In this document: positions 39,621 to 50,052 of the stretch, piece by piece
Layout of the letters: each line of letters begins with the position of its first letter
Position numbering within the stretch: position 1 is the stretch's first letter
Assembly: GCA_965215015.1 (NCBI GenBank)
Contig: OZ244042.1
Location: 2,432,001 to 2,496,000, forward strand
Direction of reading: 5' to 3'
Source of the DNA: Candidatus Poribacteria bacterium
Lineage (GTDB): Bacteria; Poribacteria; WGA-4E; PCPOR2b
Length of the DNA stretch: 64,000 nucleotides
Made by a program: the position numbers and the translations under genes
The notes under the pieces: generated by a model
The model's input: the letters and a program-made list of their open reading frames with translations, nothing else
The model's database searches: none
Told to the model about the DNA's origin: nothing

Positions 39621-40904
39621 GTGAGTGAGACAAACTATCAAGTTGGTACTGCCAAAATTGATATCACGCCTGATTTTCCAGTGCGCCTCAGCGGCTATGG
39701 CGGCCGACGAGATGAGGCTGATAGCATTGAACAGCGGATTTGGGCAAAGGCGTTAGCGATTCGCAACGGAGCCGAAAGTCCTGCGGTGTTAATGACGGTG
39801 GATAACTGCGGCGTGCCAGATTACATCACTGCGGCGGTCGCAGCGGAGTTAAATCAGGACGCAGGTATTCCTCGCGAACAATTTGTGATCTGCTCGACAC
39901 ATACCCACAGTGCACCATACCTCGCAGGCGTGCTGCGGACGCTGTTTGGTGTGCCGATTCCCGAAGCACATCAAGAGAACGTTGACCGCTACACCCACGA
40001 ATTGACGGAAAAACTGAAGCAGGTGGCAAAAACAGCACTCGCTAATCTCTGCCCTGTTTCGCTTGCTTGGGGGGAAGGAAGAGTTGGGTTCGCCGATAAT
40101 CGGCGGACGAAAGGTGGACCTGTTGACCACGCCCTGCCTATGCTTTGTGCGACAGGAGTCAACGGTGAGCTGCGAGCCATTCTTACCAGTTACGCCTGCC
40201 ATTGCACCACATTAGGCGGTGATTTCAATGCCGTTTGTGGAGACTGGGCAGGCTTTGCGGGTGCCTATATTGAAGCGGATTACCCTGATGCAACTGCGCT
40301 GGTAGCAATTGGATGTGCAGGGGACGCAAACCCCGCACCACGTACCGGGCTGAATTTCGCACGGCAACATGGCCACGCAATCGCTGCTGAAGTAAATCGA
40401 CTCCTTGGTAGCGACCTTGCCGCAATACAGGGAAAACTCAGTGGACAAATCAAATGTATCGACTTGCCCTTCGACGAATTACCTACCCGTCAGGAGTGGG
40501 AAGAGCGTGTGGAGCAAAGCGGGGCAATCGGCTACCACGCTCAGATACAACTTAAACGACTGGACCGCGGTGAAGCCCTTCAAACAACGCTCTCCTACCC
40601 TGTCCAAATCTGGAATTTTGCAGATGAACTCGCAATCGTTTTTCTCCCCGGCGAGGTAGTCGTTGATTACTCAATTCGTCTCAAGCGTGAGTGTGATGCT
40701 TCGCGTCTGTGGGTCAATGCGTACTGCAACGACGTGCCGTGCTACATTCCTTCGAGACGTATTTTGAGGGAGGGTGGCTACGAAGGCGAAGGAGCGATGA
40801 TCTACTACGATCGCCCAACGCGCTTCGCACCGACAGTGGAAGATATGATTATCCGTACCGTCCATGAACTGCTACCAGAGACGTTTCGTGTGGACGGCCC
40901 TTGA
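39621..40904 (+). CDS. Neutral/alkaline ceramidase-like hydrolase
   Basis: GTAKIDITP, LSGYGGR, STHTHSAP, YACHCT, GCAGDANP, EGGYE. Confidence 0.8.
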   Translation: MSETNYQVGTAKIDITPDFPVRLSGYGGRRDEADSIEQRIWAKALAIRNGAESPAVLMTVDNCGVPDYITAAVAAELNQDAGIPREQFVICSTHTHSAPYLAGVLRTLFGVPIPEAHQENVDRYTHELTEKLKQVAKTALANLCPVSLAWGEGRVGFADNRRTKGGPVDHALPMLCATGVNGELRAILTSYACHCTTLGGDFNAVCGDWAGFAGAYIEADYPDATALVAIGCAGDANPAPRTGLNFARQHGHAIAAEVNRLLGSDLAAIQGKLSGQIKCIDLPFDELPTRQEWEERVEQSGAIGYHAQIQLKRLDRGEALQTTLSYPVQIWNFADELAIVFLPGEVVVDYSIRLKRECDASRLWVNAYCNDVPCYIPSRRILREGGYEGEGAMIYYDRPTRFAPTVEDMIIRTVHELLPETFRVDGP

Positions 40905-40972
40905 TAGGTAGGAATCAAGATAGCTTGAGCCATTGCACAACCTACAGTCCTGTTGTGCAATGGCAGCATTCA

Positions 40973-41317
40973 CTATCCTTGTAGCGCAGCAATGGCTTCA
41001 GCCTCGCTGTCGAAATGTTCAAAGATAGTAATTAGTCTCCCTATCACAAGGAGATTGTTGATATTGTTACTGACGTTAATAACACCGATCCGCCCGCCCT
41101 TGCGTGCGACAGATACGTGCAATCCTATCAGCGTTCCAAGTCCGGAACTATCCATCCGGGATACCTCGGCAAAATCAAACAGAAATTTGGGAGATTCGGC
41201 GGCATCCCTCAGTTGCTCTGCAATCACCTCTCTGAGCTCACCCCCCGCAACGCCTACAATTCTTCCACCGAGTTTCAAGACGATAACACCATCTTTGTTT
41301 TCAACATTGATATCCAT
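40973..41317 (-). CDS. STAS domain anti-sigma factor antagonist
   Basis: DFAEVSRMDSSGLGTL phosphoserine motif. Confidence 0.9.
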   Translation of the reverse strand: MDINVENKDGVIVLKLGGRIVGVAGGELREVIAEQLRDAAESPKFLFDFAEVSRMDSSGLGTLIGLHVSVARKGGRIGVINVSNNINNLLVIGRLITIFEHFDSEAEAIAALQG

Positions 41318-41633
41318 CAATTCTTCTCCTGAAATATTGTTCGGCAAAAGCCGGTTGTTTTGAAAAGTACAGATTCGCTATTTTCTGTCTGCTTTCATTC
41401 TAAATGATGTACTATTTTTTGTCAAGTCTACTTTTCTGGATTTGCTGGGCTACTCAACGAAATTAGGATTGAACGCAGCGAGAATCTCGCGGCATAGGGA
41501 AAAGGAAGCAAAAAACGCGACAATTCGTTAATCTATCTAAATTTGTCAGGAATCAAACTTGACAAAGCCATCCCTTTGATGATACTATTTCAGGTTGTTG
41601 TGCCTATTGTTTGAAATGTAATAATTCAAGTTA

Positions 41634-41824
41634 CTAGAGCGGGTTGACATTTCACTGTGACAGATTCAGAGAACGTAGTAATCACCCTGCCCCCGCCAAA
41701 ACCGAGGTGGTCGTCCGAAAGTGTCTCTAGCTGCTTTGAATCCCGATCTTATCGGGGGTGCATCAAATCGAAGACTCTCAGAACGGTGATTAGTTTAATT
41801 CTGTCAAATGCCAACAGAATCTAG
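41634..41824 (+). ncRNA. Putative rod-shaped structured RNA (6S RNA-like or rplM leader)
   Basis: Nested pairings CTAGA/TCTAG, GTTGACATTT/AAATGCCAAC, TGACAGA/TCTGTCA, TAATCACC/GGTGATTA around an internal bubble. Confidence 0.5.
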
Positions 41825-41920
41825 CTATTGCCCCGTTAAGAACTCGGTGACAATTCGAGTTAAGGTAGTTGTCGAAAATCTCCCGCTGCGACGCGGTGGG
41901 AAGTTGTTGAAGGTAAAATC

Positions 41921-42355
41921 ATGCTTGCAATGAAAACATCTTTTGTTGGATCTGATACGGATATCAAATGGTGTGTTGTAGATGCAAATGGGAAGGTCCT
42001 CGGGCGTCTAGCCACTCAAATTGCGATGATGCTTCGAGGGAAACATCACCCTACTTTCACCCCACACGCCGATATGGGTTATCGTGTAGCCGTTATCAAC
42101 GCTGAAAAAATCGTTGTCACAGGAAACAAAGCAACAGACAAAACCTACTTTCGTTATAGCGGCTACCCCGGTGGAGCGAAAGTGAGAACTTTTGAAGAGC
42201 AGATGCAGAGAAAGCCGGAAGAAATTCTACGACACGCTGTCAAAGGAATGCTCCCCAAAAACCGTCTGGGGCGCAAACTGATCAGAAAGCTAAAAATCTA
42301 TGTGGGACCAAACCATCCTCACCAAGCACAGCGTCCGAAAGTATTAGACGTGTAA
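41921..42355 (+). CDS. rplM: 50S ribosomal protein L13
   Basis: [33 protein letters not shown]. Confidence 0.97.
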   Translation: MLAMKTSFVGSDTDIKWCVVDANGKVLGRLATQIAMMLRGKHHPTFTPHADMGYRVAVINAEKIVVTGNKATDKTYFRYSGYPGGAKVRTFEEQMQRKPEEILRHAVKGMLPKNRLGRKLIRKLKIYVGPNHPHQAQRPKVLDV

Positions 42356-42374
42356 TTTTTTTAGAGGAGGAAGT

Positions 42375-42770
42375 ATGGCTGTAGAACAGTATTGGGGAAC
42401 GGGAAGACGTAAAACATCCGTTGCGCGTGTGCGCGTGATTCCAGGAGGTTCTGGCCAATTCGTCGTAAATAAAAAACCGATCGAGGCATATTTTGATCGG
42501 GCGGACCTCATCCAAGTGGCTAAGCAACCGACGGAATTAACAAATAAAAGTAGCGCGTATGATGTATTCGTTAACGCACGCGGTGGTGGGATTTCAGGAC
42601 AAGCCGGGGCTATTTTGCACGGTCTCGCACGTGCGCTTGTTAAGGCGGACGAATCTTTGAAGCCCACTTTGAAGAAAGCCGGATTTCTAACACGTGACTC
42701 CCGTATGGTTGAACGTAAAAAATATGGACAAAAAGGCGCCCGGGCACGGTTCCAATTTTCCAAGCGTTAA
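42375..42770 (+). CDS. rpsI: 30S ribosomal protein S9
   Basis: [23 protein letters not shown]-terminal QFSKR. Confidence 0.97.
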   Translation: MAVEQYWGTGRRKTSVARVRVIPGGSGQFVVNKKPIEAYFDRADLIQVAKQPTELTNKSSAYDVFVNARGGGISGQAGAILHGLARALVKADESLKPTLKKAGFLTRDSRMVERKKYGQKGARARFQFSKR

Positions 42771-42821
42771 AAATCAGCCTGATGACAGGTTGGGTTTTGA
42801 TCGATTTCGAGGATACAAATT

Positions 42822-44114
42822 ATGGCGAACACGGTCATATTGGGTGCGCAGTGGGGAGACGAGAGCAAGGGAGGAACGACCGATTTTCTTTCTGAAAACG
42901 CCGATATTGTTGCAAGGTATCAAGGCGGCGACAATGCAGGTCATACTATCGTTGTTGGGGAAGAGAAGTTCGTCTTTCATCTACTCCCCTCTGGTCTGCT
43001 ACAGCCTCATGCGGTGAATGTGATTGGCAACGGTGTCGTCATCAATTTAGAGACACTTTTCGATGAAATCGATGATTTACAGGCGCGAGGCATCGAAATC
43101 GGAAATCGTCTCAAGGTTAGCTCGCGTGCACACCTAATTCTGCCTTATCACAAAGTCATGGAATCGTGGGATGACCTTGGCAGTTCACTGAAACTCGGCA
43201 CAACCTCGCGGGGCATCGGTCCGACATACTCCGATAAGATGAATCGCCATGCAGGGATACGGGTCGCCGACCTGCTTGAGTTCGACCTCTTTCAAAAGAA
43301 ACTTGACTTCAATCTAGAAGCAAAAGGTTATATCCTAGAGCAGATTGGGGGCGAAATTGATAGAATCGCTTTATTGGAGGAATATCATGCTTACTCTCAG
43401 CGGCTTGCGCCATATGTGGTTGATACATCTGAATTTATGAATAACGCCCTCAAGGCAGGGAAGCGGATACTTTATGAGGGCGCGCAAGGAACGATGCTGG
43501 ACATTGATTTCGGGACATACCCCTACGTCACTTCGTCCAATACTACCGTTGGTGCGGTTTGCACAGGATTGGGCGTTGGTCCCCAGGCAATAGATCGGGT
43601 GCTAGGCGTTTCAAAGGCTTATGTGACCCGTGTTGGTACGGGGCCCTTCCCAACAGAGATGCCGCCGGATCTGGACGAAGAAATTCGCCAGATCGGTCAG
43701 GAATACGGTGCAACTACACAACGCGCCCGCCGTTGTGGTTGGCTAGATCTCGTCGCGTTACGCTACGCCGCCCAGATCAACGGCTTTACCGATCTGGTCT
43801 TGACAAAATTCGATGTGTTAGACCACCTTGATGAAATTCAGATTTGCGTTGCCTATCGACGGCGTGGCGAAGTGGTAACGACATTTCCAACGAGCCTGTA
43901 CGCACTTGAGGAATGCGAGCCGGTCTACGAAACGCTACCCGGCTGGAAAGCCTCAACAGTAGATGTGCGGCGATATGAAGACCTACCGGCGAATGCAAAG
44001 CGATATAACGCTTACATCTCCAAATTTCTCGATACACCGGTTACAATTGTTTCTGTTGGACCAGAGAGAACGCAAACGATAGTCTGTGATGAGACCATTT
44101 TTTGTGCTACCTGA
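42822..44114 (+). CDS. purA: Adenylosuccinate synthetase
   Basis: GAQWGDESKG, GGDNAGHT, EGAQG, RRCGWLD. Confidence 0.97.
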   Translation: MANTVILGAQWGDESKGGTTDFLSENADIVARYQGGDNAGHTIVVGEEKFVFHLLPSGLLQPHAVNVIGNGVVINLETLFDEIDDLQARGIEIGNRLKVSSRAHLILPYHKVMESWDDLGSSLKLGTTSRGIGPTYSDKMNRHAGIRVADLLEFDLFQKKLDFNLEAKGYILEQIGGEIDRIALLEEYHAYSQRLAPYVVDTSEFMNNALKAGKRILYEGAQGTMLDIDFGTYPYVTSSNTTVGAVCTGLGVGPQAIDRVLGVSKAYVTRVGTGPFPTEMPPDLDEEIRQIGQEYGATTQRARRCGWLDLVALRYAAQINGFTDLVLTKFDVLDHLDEIQICVAYRRRGEVVTTFPTSLYALEECEPVYETLPGWKASTVDVRRYEDLPANAKRYNAYISKFLDTPVTIVSVGPERTQTIVCDETIFCAT

Positions 44115-44149
44115 TTGTTCAATGGAAAGACAATAGTTTCACTTTAAGG

Positions 44150-44178
44150 TTGACAATCTCTAAAGCATTAGGTATTAT
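44150..44178 (+). promoter_or_regulatory. Sigma70 promoter of the tRNA pair
   Basis: TTGACA-17 nt-TATTAT. Confidence 0.65.
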
Positions 44179-44307
44179 TTCTGATCGTTTTTGCTAGTAT
44201 ATCCTAAGAGTTGTTACCTATTCTAGACGATCGGGCTTTCTCGCCCGACCTCCGTCCAATCCACATAGATTGGGCTACCTAGTAACTTGGGTTAATATAT
44301 CCATTGA

Positions 44308-44380
44308 GGGCCGTTAGCTCAGTAGGTAGAGCATCTGACTTTTAATCAGGTGGTCACAGGTTCGATCCCTGTACGGCTCA
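44308..44380 (+). tRNA. tRNA-Lys(UUU)
   Basis: Acceptor GGGCCGT/ACGGCTC, anticodon loop CT-TTT-AA, T-loop TTCGATC. CCA not encoded. Confidence 0.95.
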
Positions 44381-44386
44381 CTTGTT

Positions 44387-44461
<75 letters not shown>

Positions 44462-44467
44462 TCTTTT

Positions 44468-44503
44468 AGCCCTTTCCATATTCAATATGGAAAGGGCTTT
44501 TTT
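44468..44503 (+). terminator. Intrinsic terminator
   Basis: AGCCCTTTCCATATT/AATATGGAAAGGGCT followed by a T-run. Confidence 0.85.
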
Positions 44504-44545
44504 GTTATTTGTACTCTCGAAGCCTACTCATTGGACATTGCCTTA

Positions 44546-44852
44546 CCGAAATCTTCCGATTTATATCCCCGTCTTTTAAGGTGGGGATACAGATTGACAA
44601 GGCGTGTTGATAGGGGCCTGTTAGGTAGCTTGTCAGTCGTAAGGCTAACAAGCTACCTAACAGGTGTAAAACACGTTGGATTTGCAGGTGAAATGGGGGT
44701 ACAATTGGCTTGTCTTTCCTGAGGGAATGCTGTACCGTCGCTTGGGGGTGTCCCTCACATTCGTAGAACGTGAAAGACAGAAAGACACTCCCGTGAAAAC
44801 TTATAAATTCAAACGCTATCACAATCACGGCACAGGGGGGGGAGTATGTCAA
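44546..44852 (+). mobile_element. Internally deleted, non-autonomous IS200/IS605 derivative (PATE-like)
   Basis: Left end CTTCCGAT..CCCCGTCTTTTAAGGTGGGGATACAGATTGAC matches the reverse complement of ~39553-39598. TnpB-like start VKTYKFK. Ends in GAGTATGTCAA, like the 38574 end. Confidence 0.75.
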
Positions 44853-46847
44853 CTAAACCAATTCCTCAAAACCCAATTCGTGGGGGGATTCGTAGAAGAT
44901 GGGGCGCATCTGTAGGTTCGTCTGGATCGGCGTTGCTTCTAGATCCACTGGCAGATAGATCGAGAATGTCGTTCCACGCCCTTCCTCGCTATGGAATTCC
45001 GTCCTACCCCGGTGATCGCGGACCGTTCGCTGGACGATATTCAAACCGAAGCCGCTCCCGTGCTGTTTGAGGGTATATCCGGGCTGGTAGAGCTGATCCC
45101 GCACTTCATAGGGGATGCCAACCCCCGTATCGATAAAGGAAATTTGAATCTGGGAGGATTCTGGTAGATAGGCAGTTTTAATCTGGAGAAAGCCACCGCC
45201 TTCCATCGCATCAATAGCATTGATAATCAGATTGTTAAATGCTTCTTTCAGCTGGCTAGAATCGCCTTTGACAGGAGGCAAGCGTATATCGAAAATTTGC
45301 TGACACTCGATAGCTTTGGCTTCCAGAACAGGCATCAGATTTCGCAACAGCGTATCAAGGATTCTGTTGGTGTCAACTAGCCCAAAGGTCGGCTCATCCG
45401 CACGCAACTGCTGCAAAAGTGCAACCATTTCGTTATAGCACTCTTCATGCTGCGTGAGGATCTGATTCAGGCTGGTCTGTAGCTTAGAATCCGGCTCCGC
45501 TTGGCGGGATGCGGAACGAAGTTGTCCACCGGTTGCGCTAACCAAGTTTTTTACACGATGTAGGTGGGAATAAAGACTCTGGTATGCTTCCGCGCGGGCA
45601 ACGTCCATCAATGAGAGGGTCAGGTGAAAAATGATACGCGCGGCAGTCTGGGGCTCTGCCTCTAACCATGATTGAAGATCTCTCAGGATTTCTTCATCCC
45701 GCTCGTAGAAGTAAAGTTTAGCGAGGTTATGATAGGGGGATTCATAATCCGGATAAAGCTGGATAACCTGCTTAAATTCTTCAGCAGCCTGACTAACCAT
45801 ATTCTTCTGAAGATAGAGAAGTCCAAGATTATTTTGCGCCTGGGGTGAAGGGGCATGTTCCAAGCCGGTCTTGTAGGCATAGATTGCGAGGTCCGCATCT
45901 TCCGGACGGTCATCATACAGGCTTCCAAGAACAAAGAATACCTGATCGAGCGGTTCAAAGGTCTGTAATTCATCGTTGCGCTTGATTAATTCGATGAATT
46001 GGTCTATCGCTTGTTGACGAAATTCTGGTCGTGCATACCGGCGTTTCGCATAGAGCAGTCCAAGTTCAAAGCGGGCGTCTAAATGATCTGGATCGCGTTC
46101 AATCGCGTACTGCAAACAATCAATTGCCCGATTCACCTCGCCATATCTATTCAAGTAAATATCAGCGAGGTGATAATGGGCATCCGGATCCTGCGGCTCA
46201 ACCTCAAGGATTTCTTCAAAAACTCGCTCTGCGTCTTCCCACTGTTGCTGTTTGATGTACAAAACACCGAGATTGTGGCGTGCTGCATGAAACTTCGGTA
46301 CACGGTTGACAACCTGCTTAAAGTCCTCACACGCTTTCTCAAGATCTTCCAGTTTCTCGTAAAGTAAACCCCGATTGTACCACGCCTCAATGTATGACGG
46401 GTCCAGCTCGATTGTGCGAGTAAACTCACTGATAGCTTTCTCCCATGCGCCCTCAAGTTCTGTCCAATCCTCCAGCAACTGTCCAAAAACATAATGATAG
46501 TTTGCATTCTGTGGATTCAACTCAATTGCTTTTTGAAGTGCTTCCCTTGCGAGATCAAACTCGCCCTCTTTATAGTACGCAAAACCGAGACTGTGGTGGA
46601 CTGCCGCACAATCTGGATCTAATTCAAGCGCACGTTTATAGGCATTGATTGCGAGAAGATACTGGCGCTGGACAGGTTCTAAATACCAATTGCCGAGCGC
46701 ATACTGATCTCTCGCCGCCTTGGAGGTTGGCAGTGCGGACTCGGTAGCAGAGACATGGGCCTCCGCCTCTACGCTTGGATCGGGTGAAGTATCGTGAAGT
46801 TCATGTCCTTGGAAGTGTGATTTTACGGCGGGTTTTGATCTGGACAT
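44853..46847 (-). CDS. TPR-repeat sensor histidine kinase (cytoplasmic)
   Basis: Many TPRs. H-box HRVKN, N-box NLIINAIDAM, DTGVGI, GSGFGL. Confidence 0.85.
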   Translation of the reverse strand: MSRSKPAVKSHFQGHELHDTSPDPSVEAEAHVSATESALPTSKAARDQYALGNWYLEPVQRQYLLAINAYKRALELDPDCAAVHHSLGFAYYKEGEFDLAREALQKAIELNPQNANYHYVFGQLLEDWTELEGAWEKAISEFTRTIELDPSYIEAWYNRGLLYEKLEDLEKACEDFKQVVNRVPKFHAARHNLGVLYIKQQQWEDAERVFEEILEVEPQDPDAHYHLADIYLNRYGEVNRAIDCLQYAIERDPDHLDARFELGLLYAKRRYARPEFRQQAIDQFIELIKRNDELQTFEPLDQVFFVLGSLYDDRPEDADLAIYAYKTGLEHAPSPQAQNNLGLLYLQKNMVSQAAEEFKQVIQLYPDYESPYHNLAKLYFYERDEEILRDLQSWLEAEPQTAARIIFHLTLSLMDVARAEAYQSLYSHLHRVKNLVSATGGQLRSASRQAEPDSKLQTSLNQILTQHEECYNEMVALLQQLRADEPTFGLVDTNRILDTLLRNLMPVLEAKAIECQQIFDIRLPPVKGDSSQLKEAFNNLIINAIDAMEGGGFLQIKTAYLPESSQIQISFIDTGVGIPYEVRDQLYQPGYTLKQHGSGFGLNIVQRTVRDHRGRTEFHSEEGRGTTFSIYLPVDLEATPIQTNLQMRPIFYESPHELGFEELV

Positions 46848-46864
46848 GGTTCATCACCTTGGGA

Positions 46865-48484
46865 CTATATCAACATTTCATCACTAATTGGGAAAAACTG
46901 ATCGGCAATGCGCTGTAGATCCATCGACGTATTATGTTCAAAAGCCGCTACCTCGATGCGCTTCCCATGCTGTTTAATCAGTTCCGCAAGCGCACAGAAA
47001 TCGCCATCTCCACTTGCCAGAATCACGATATCAAGGGCATCAAGCATCGACACAACATCAATAGCAATGCCGACATCCCAATCACCCTTTGCGGACCCAT
47101 CACCGCGCATTCGTAAATCCTTGCTCTTAATCGTGTACCCGTTATGCTCAAGAAGTGACAGAAATCCAGCCTGATTAATTTCGGGGATTTGAACGACATA
47201 AGCGTAAGCGGCAACAAGATTCCGGGGACCAACAATCAGGTCAAGTAGCTTGATATAATCGAGGCGTCTCGCGTAACGATCTTTTGCAGCATAGAACATG
47301 TTTTGGACATCAACAAACACTCCAACGCGAGGCTGTCCTGCTAGCATACGGTTCGCGCCTGCGGTGCCTCGCTGTCCCGTGAGGTTTGTAATTTTTTGGC
47401 GTGCCCGTGTGATGATTGTCCTGTGCTCCTCGTTGACTCCCTGCAAATAAGAAAATTGAGAATAGAAATTGGATTGTATCTGTTCAAGCACTTGTTGCGA
47501 ATGATATGCCATCTCCTCAACCGATTTCAATTCCACCGTTATCTTTTCCTTTTGTGCTTGAAGTTCATGAAACTCACAAAGTTGATTTGAGAACTTTTCC
47601 ACGTCCCGTTTGAGGCTTCTATTCTCACGGTTAAGTTGATCCATAAGTAATTCATTTTCCTTATACAATCCCTCTCTATCCTGTAAAAATTTGTTTTCTT
47701 CAACTAATGCTGCTATTTTTTGTTTAAGTCTGTCGTTTTCATTTTGTAGAATTGTATATCCACTTTTAAGCTCAGAGAGGGCCCTATAAAGTTTGTCAAT
47801 TTGCTGTTGATTTTGTTTTAACTCATCGCTTAGACCCGATTTCTGTCCCGGGGCTGAATCTGTCTCAGGAATGGGTGTAATCTGAAGATACTCAGAGTCA
47901 TTAGAAGCCGAAGCGATAGAGGTCTCCGTGGATTCAGGAGTCGATTCTTCATCATGACTACGATGTAGCGAGGTGTTTAAATCTATTATGTCCGATTTCG
48001 GTTGTTCTATCTCTTGTGCAGTGCCTAATAATGAAGTGGAGTTCCTGTCTTCAGGCGCAGGAGGAGAAGGGGGAACAGATTGCTCGTGGTCGGCAAGCAA
48101 CCTATGACCATGCTTCTGTACATCTTCACGCGAATCGACCAATAGGGCCCATAAAATTTCACCAAATTCACCTTCCTCTTGAAGCTGTTCAACGCTTTTC
48201 AAGAAGCCCCGAATTTCCTTTACATCCATAAATTGGACTCGACGAGCAGCCTGTTCTGCCTTCTTTGCTAGGTGTTGACTCACGATGTCTTCAATCAAAG
48301 CACCATTAAAAAAACATGCCGCTAAATCGTAGGCAATCCAATCTTTGGAAATCGTAGTCCTGTGTTGGCTATCGTGGTGGATACCACACTGATTCGCTAT
48401 CGTGATGATTTCTTCTTCACCGAAGCAGTCGGTGATAATCCAAGCCAGTTGGTGGGTAGCAATATGTGTTTTTACTGGAAGCAT
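46865..48484 (-). CDS. Coiled-coil protein with a C-terminal NYN (LabA/DUF88) domain
   Basis: VFVDVQNM, KGDWDVGIAID, SGDGDF, ADQF. Heptad-rich central region. Confidence 0.85.
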   Translation of the reverse strand: MLPVKTHIATHQLAWIITDCFGEEEIITIANQCGIHHDSQHRTTISKDWIAYDLAACFFNGALIEDIVSQHLAKKAEQAARRVQFMDVKEIRGFLKSVEQLQEEGEFGEILWALLVDSREDVQKHGHRLLADHEQSVPPSPPAPEDRNSTSLLGTAQEIEQPKSDIIDLNTSLHRSHDEESTPESTETSIASASNDSEYLQITPIPETDSAPGQKSGLSDELKQNQQQIDKLYRALSELKSGYTILQNENDRLKQKIAALVEENKFLQDREGLYKENELLMDQLNRENRSLKRDVEKFSNQLCEFHELQAQKEKITVELKSVEEMAYHSQQVLEQIQSNFYSQFSYLQGVNEEHRTIITRARQKITNLTGQRGTAGANRMLAGQPRVGVFVDVQNMFYAAKDRYARRLDYIKLLDLIVGPRNLVAAYAYVVQIPEINQAGFLSLLEHNGYTIKSKDLRMRGDGSAKGDWDVGIAIDVVSMLDALDIVILASGDGDFCALAELIKQHGKRIEVAAFEHNTSMDLQRIADQFFPISDEMLI

Positions 48485-48524
48485 GGTAAATCTCCCGAAC
48501 TTTATTGTATATCTCTATCGGTTG

Positions 48525-49847
48525 TTAAATTTTGAGGATTTTATCCCGATTTTTTGTAATTGATTTTGTTGCATTTCGTGTGTCTACAACTGTAGCAGCA
48601 TGATCGACAAGCCAACAGTAATCCATATTGGCATGGTCTGTCATAATCACTACACAATCAACGCTCTGGACCAATTCCACTGTCAATTCTGCACAGAGAT
48701 AGCGTAGGGGCTGCCGGTTCCTCGGACCGACCTCCTCAACTTCCAATTCTGCTACATACGGATCATGGTATAGAATCTCACCACCGCGTCGCGCAAGCAT
48801 CCGAATCACATCAATAGCCGGTGATTCACGGACATCTCCGACATTTCTCTTGTACGCGACGCCCATGATCAAGATTTTCGATCCGTTAATAGCTTTCTGG
48901 TGCTGGTTGAGCGCATCGATAATTTTGCCAAGTACATATTCTGGCATTGAGCCGTTGATTTCACTCGCCAGCTCGATAAAGCGGGCGTGAAACTCGTAAG
49001 TTTTTGCCTTCCACGACAGGTAGTGCGGATCGACAGGGATACAATGACCCCCTAGCCCTGGGCCCGGGTAGAACGGCATAAATCCAAACGGTTTTGTCGC
49101 AGCAGCATCAACAATTTCCCATACGTCCAGTCCCATCTGGTCGCACATCAGTGCCATTTCATTGACGAGACCGATGTTGACGCTCCGAAAGGTATTTTCC
49201 AGCAGCTTGACCATTTCCGCTACCCGTGTCGAAGAGACCGCATAAACCTCCTGAATAAACTGCTTATAAAAGCGTTGAGCAACCTGTGTACACGCAGGTG
49301 TTATCCCCCCAACGATTTTCGCCGTATTTGCAGTGGAGTATGTTACATTTCCCGGATCGATCCGTTCAGGGGAAAAGGCAAGAAAAAAATCTTCACCCAC
49401 CTGCAAGCCACTTTTTTCAAGCTTCGGTAGCACAACCTCCTCTGTTGTGCCCGGATAGGTTGTACTTTCCAAAATAATCAACTGATTTTTGCGTAAGTAT
49501 TGACCAATTTTGTCTACCGCGGAAATGATAAAACTCATATCCGGGTCCTTACTCTTACGCAACGGTGTGGGTACGCAAATATTAATCGTATCTAATTCTC
49601 TCAGGACCCGATAATCCGTCGTCGCTTGAATCTGTCCTCGATGGACAAAAGTCGCGAGATCTTCTGAGAGCACATCAGAGACAACCGAAATCCCGTCCTG
49701 AATACATTCGACCTTGCGGCGGTCCACATCAATGCCAGTAACAGAAAAGCCGGCTTTCGCCATGGTTACGGCAAGTGGAAGACCTACATAACCAAGTCCA
49801 ATGACGCCCGCGTATGCAGTTTGATTTTCAATCTTCTTTTCAATCAT
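48525..49847 (-). CDS. Nucleotide-sugar dehydrogenase (UDP-GlcNAc 6-dehydrogenase-like)
   Basis: GLGYVGLPLA, ESTTYPGTT, PERIDPG, GGHCIPVDP. Start uncertain (ORF extends to 49931). Confidence 0.9.
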   Translation of the reverse strand: MIEKKIENQTAYAGVIGLGYVGLPLAVTMAKAGFSVTGIDVDRRKVECIQDGISVVSDVLSEDLATFVHRGQIQATTDYRVLRELDTINICVPTPLRKSKDPDMSFIISAVDKIGQYLRKNQLIILESTTYPGTTEEVVLPKLEKSGLQVGEDFFLAFSPERIDPGNVTYSTANTAKIVGGITPACTQVAQRFYKQFIQEVYAVSSTRVAEMVKLLENTFRSVNIGLVNEMALMCDQMGLDVWEIVDAAATKPFGFMPFYPGPGLGGHCIPVDPHYLSWKAKTYEFHARFIELASEINGSMPEYVLGKIIDALNQHQKAINGSKILIMGVAYKRNVGDVRESPAIDVIRMLARRGGEILYHDPYVAELEVEEVGPRNRQPLRYLCAELTVELVQSVDCVVIMTDHANMDYCWLVDHAATVVDTRNATKSITKNRDKILKI

Positions 49848-50052
49848 TTGCTGAAGGCTTTCATGATTTTTGAATCTGCGGATCTGATGCTTCGGATTAA
49901 GGGAGCCAGCACTGTAGGAGGGACCTCCCAATAGCGACTTATTTCATAGAACCTACAGAAAGTCGAAAACTCCCTATGCAGGACGAATCGCGTATTGCGT
50001 GAAATAATACATCTTAAGCCGAGTTGCTTGCTGCCTTACTAAGTATTACCTT

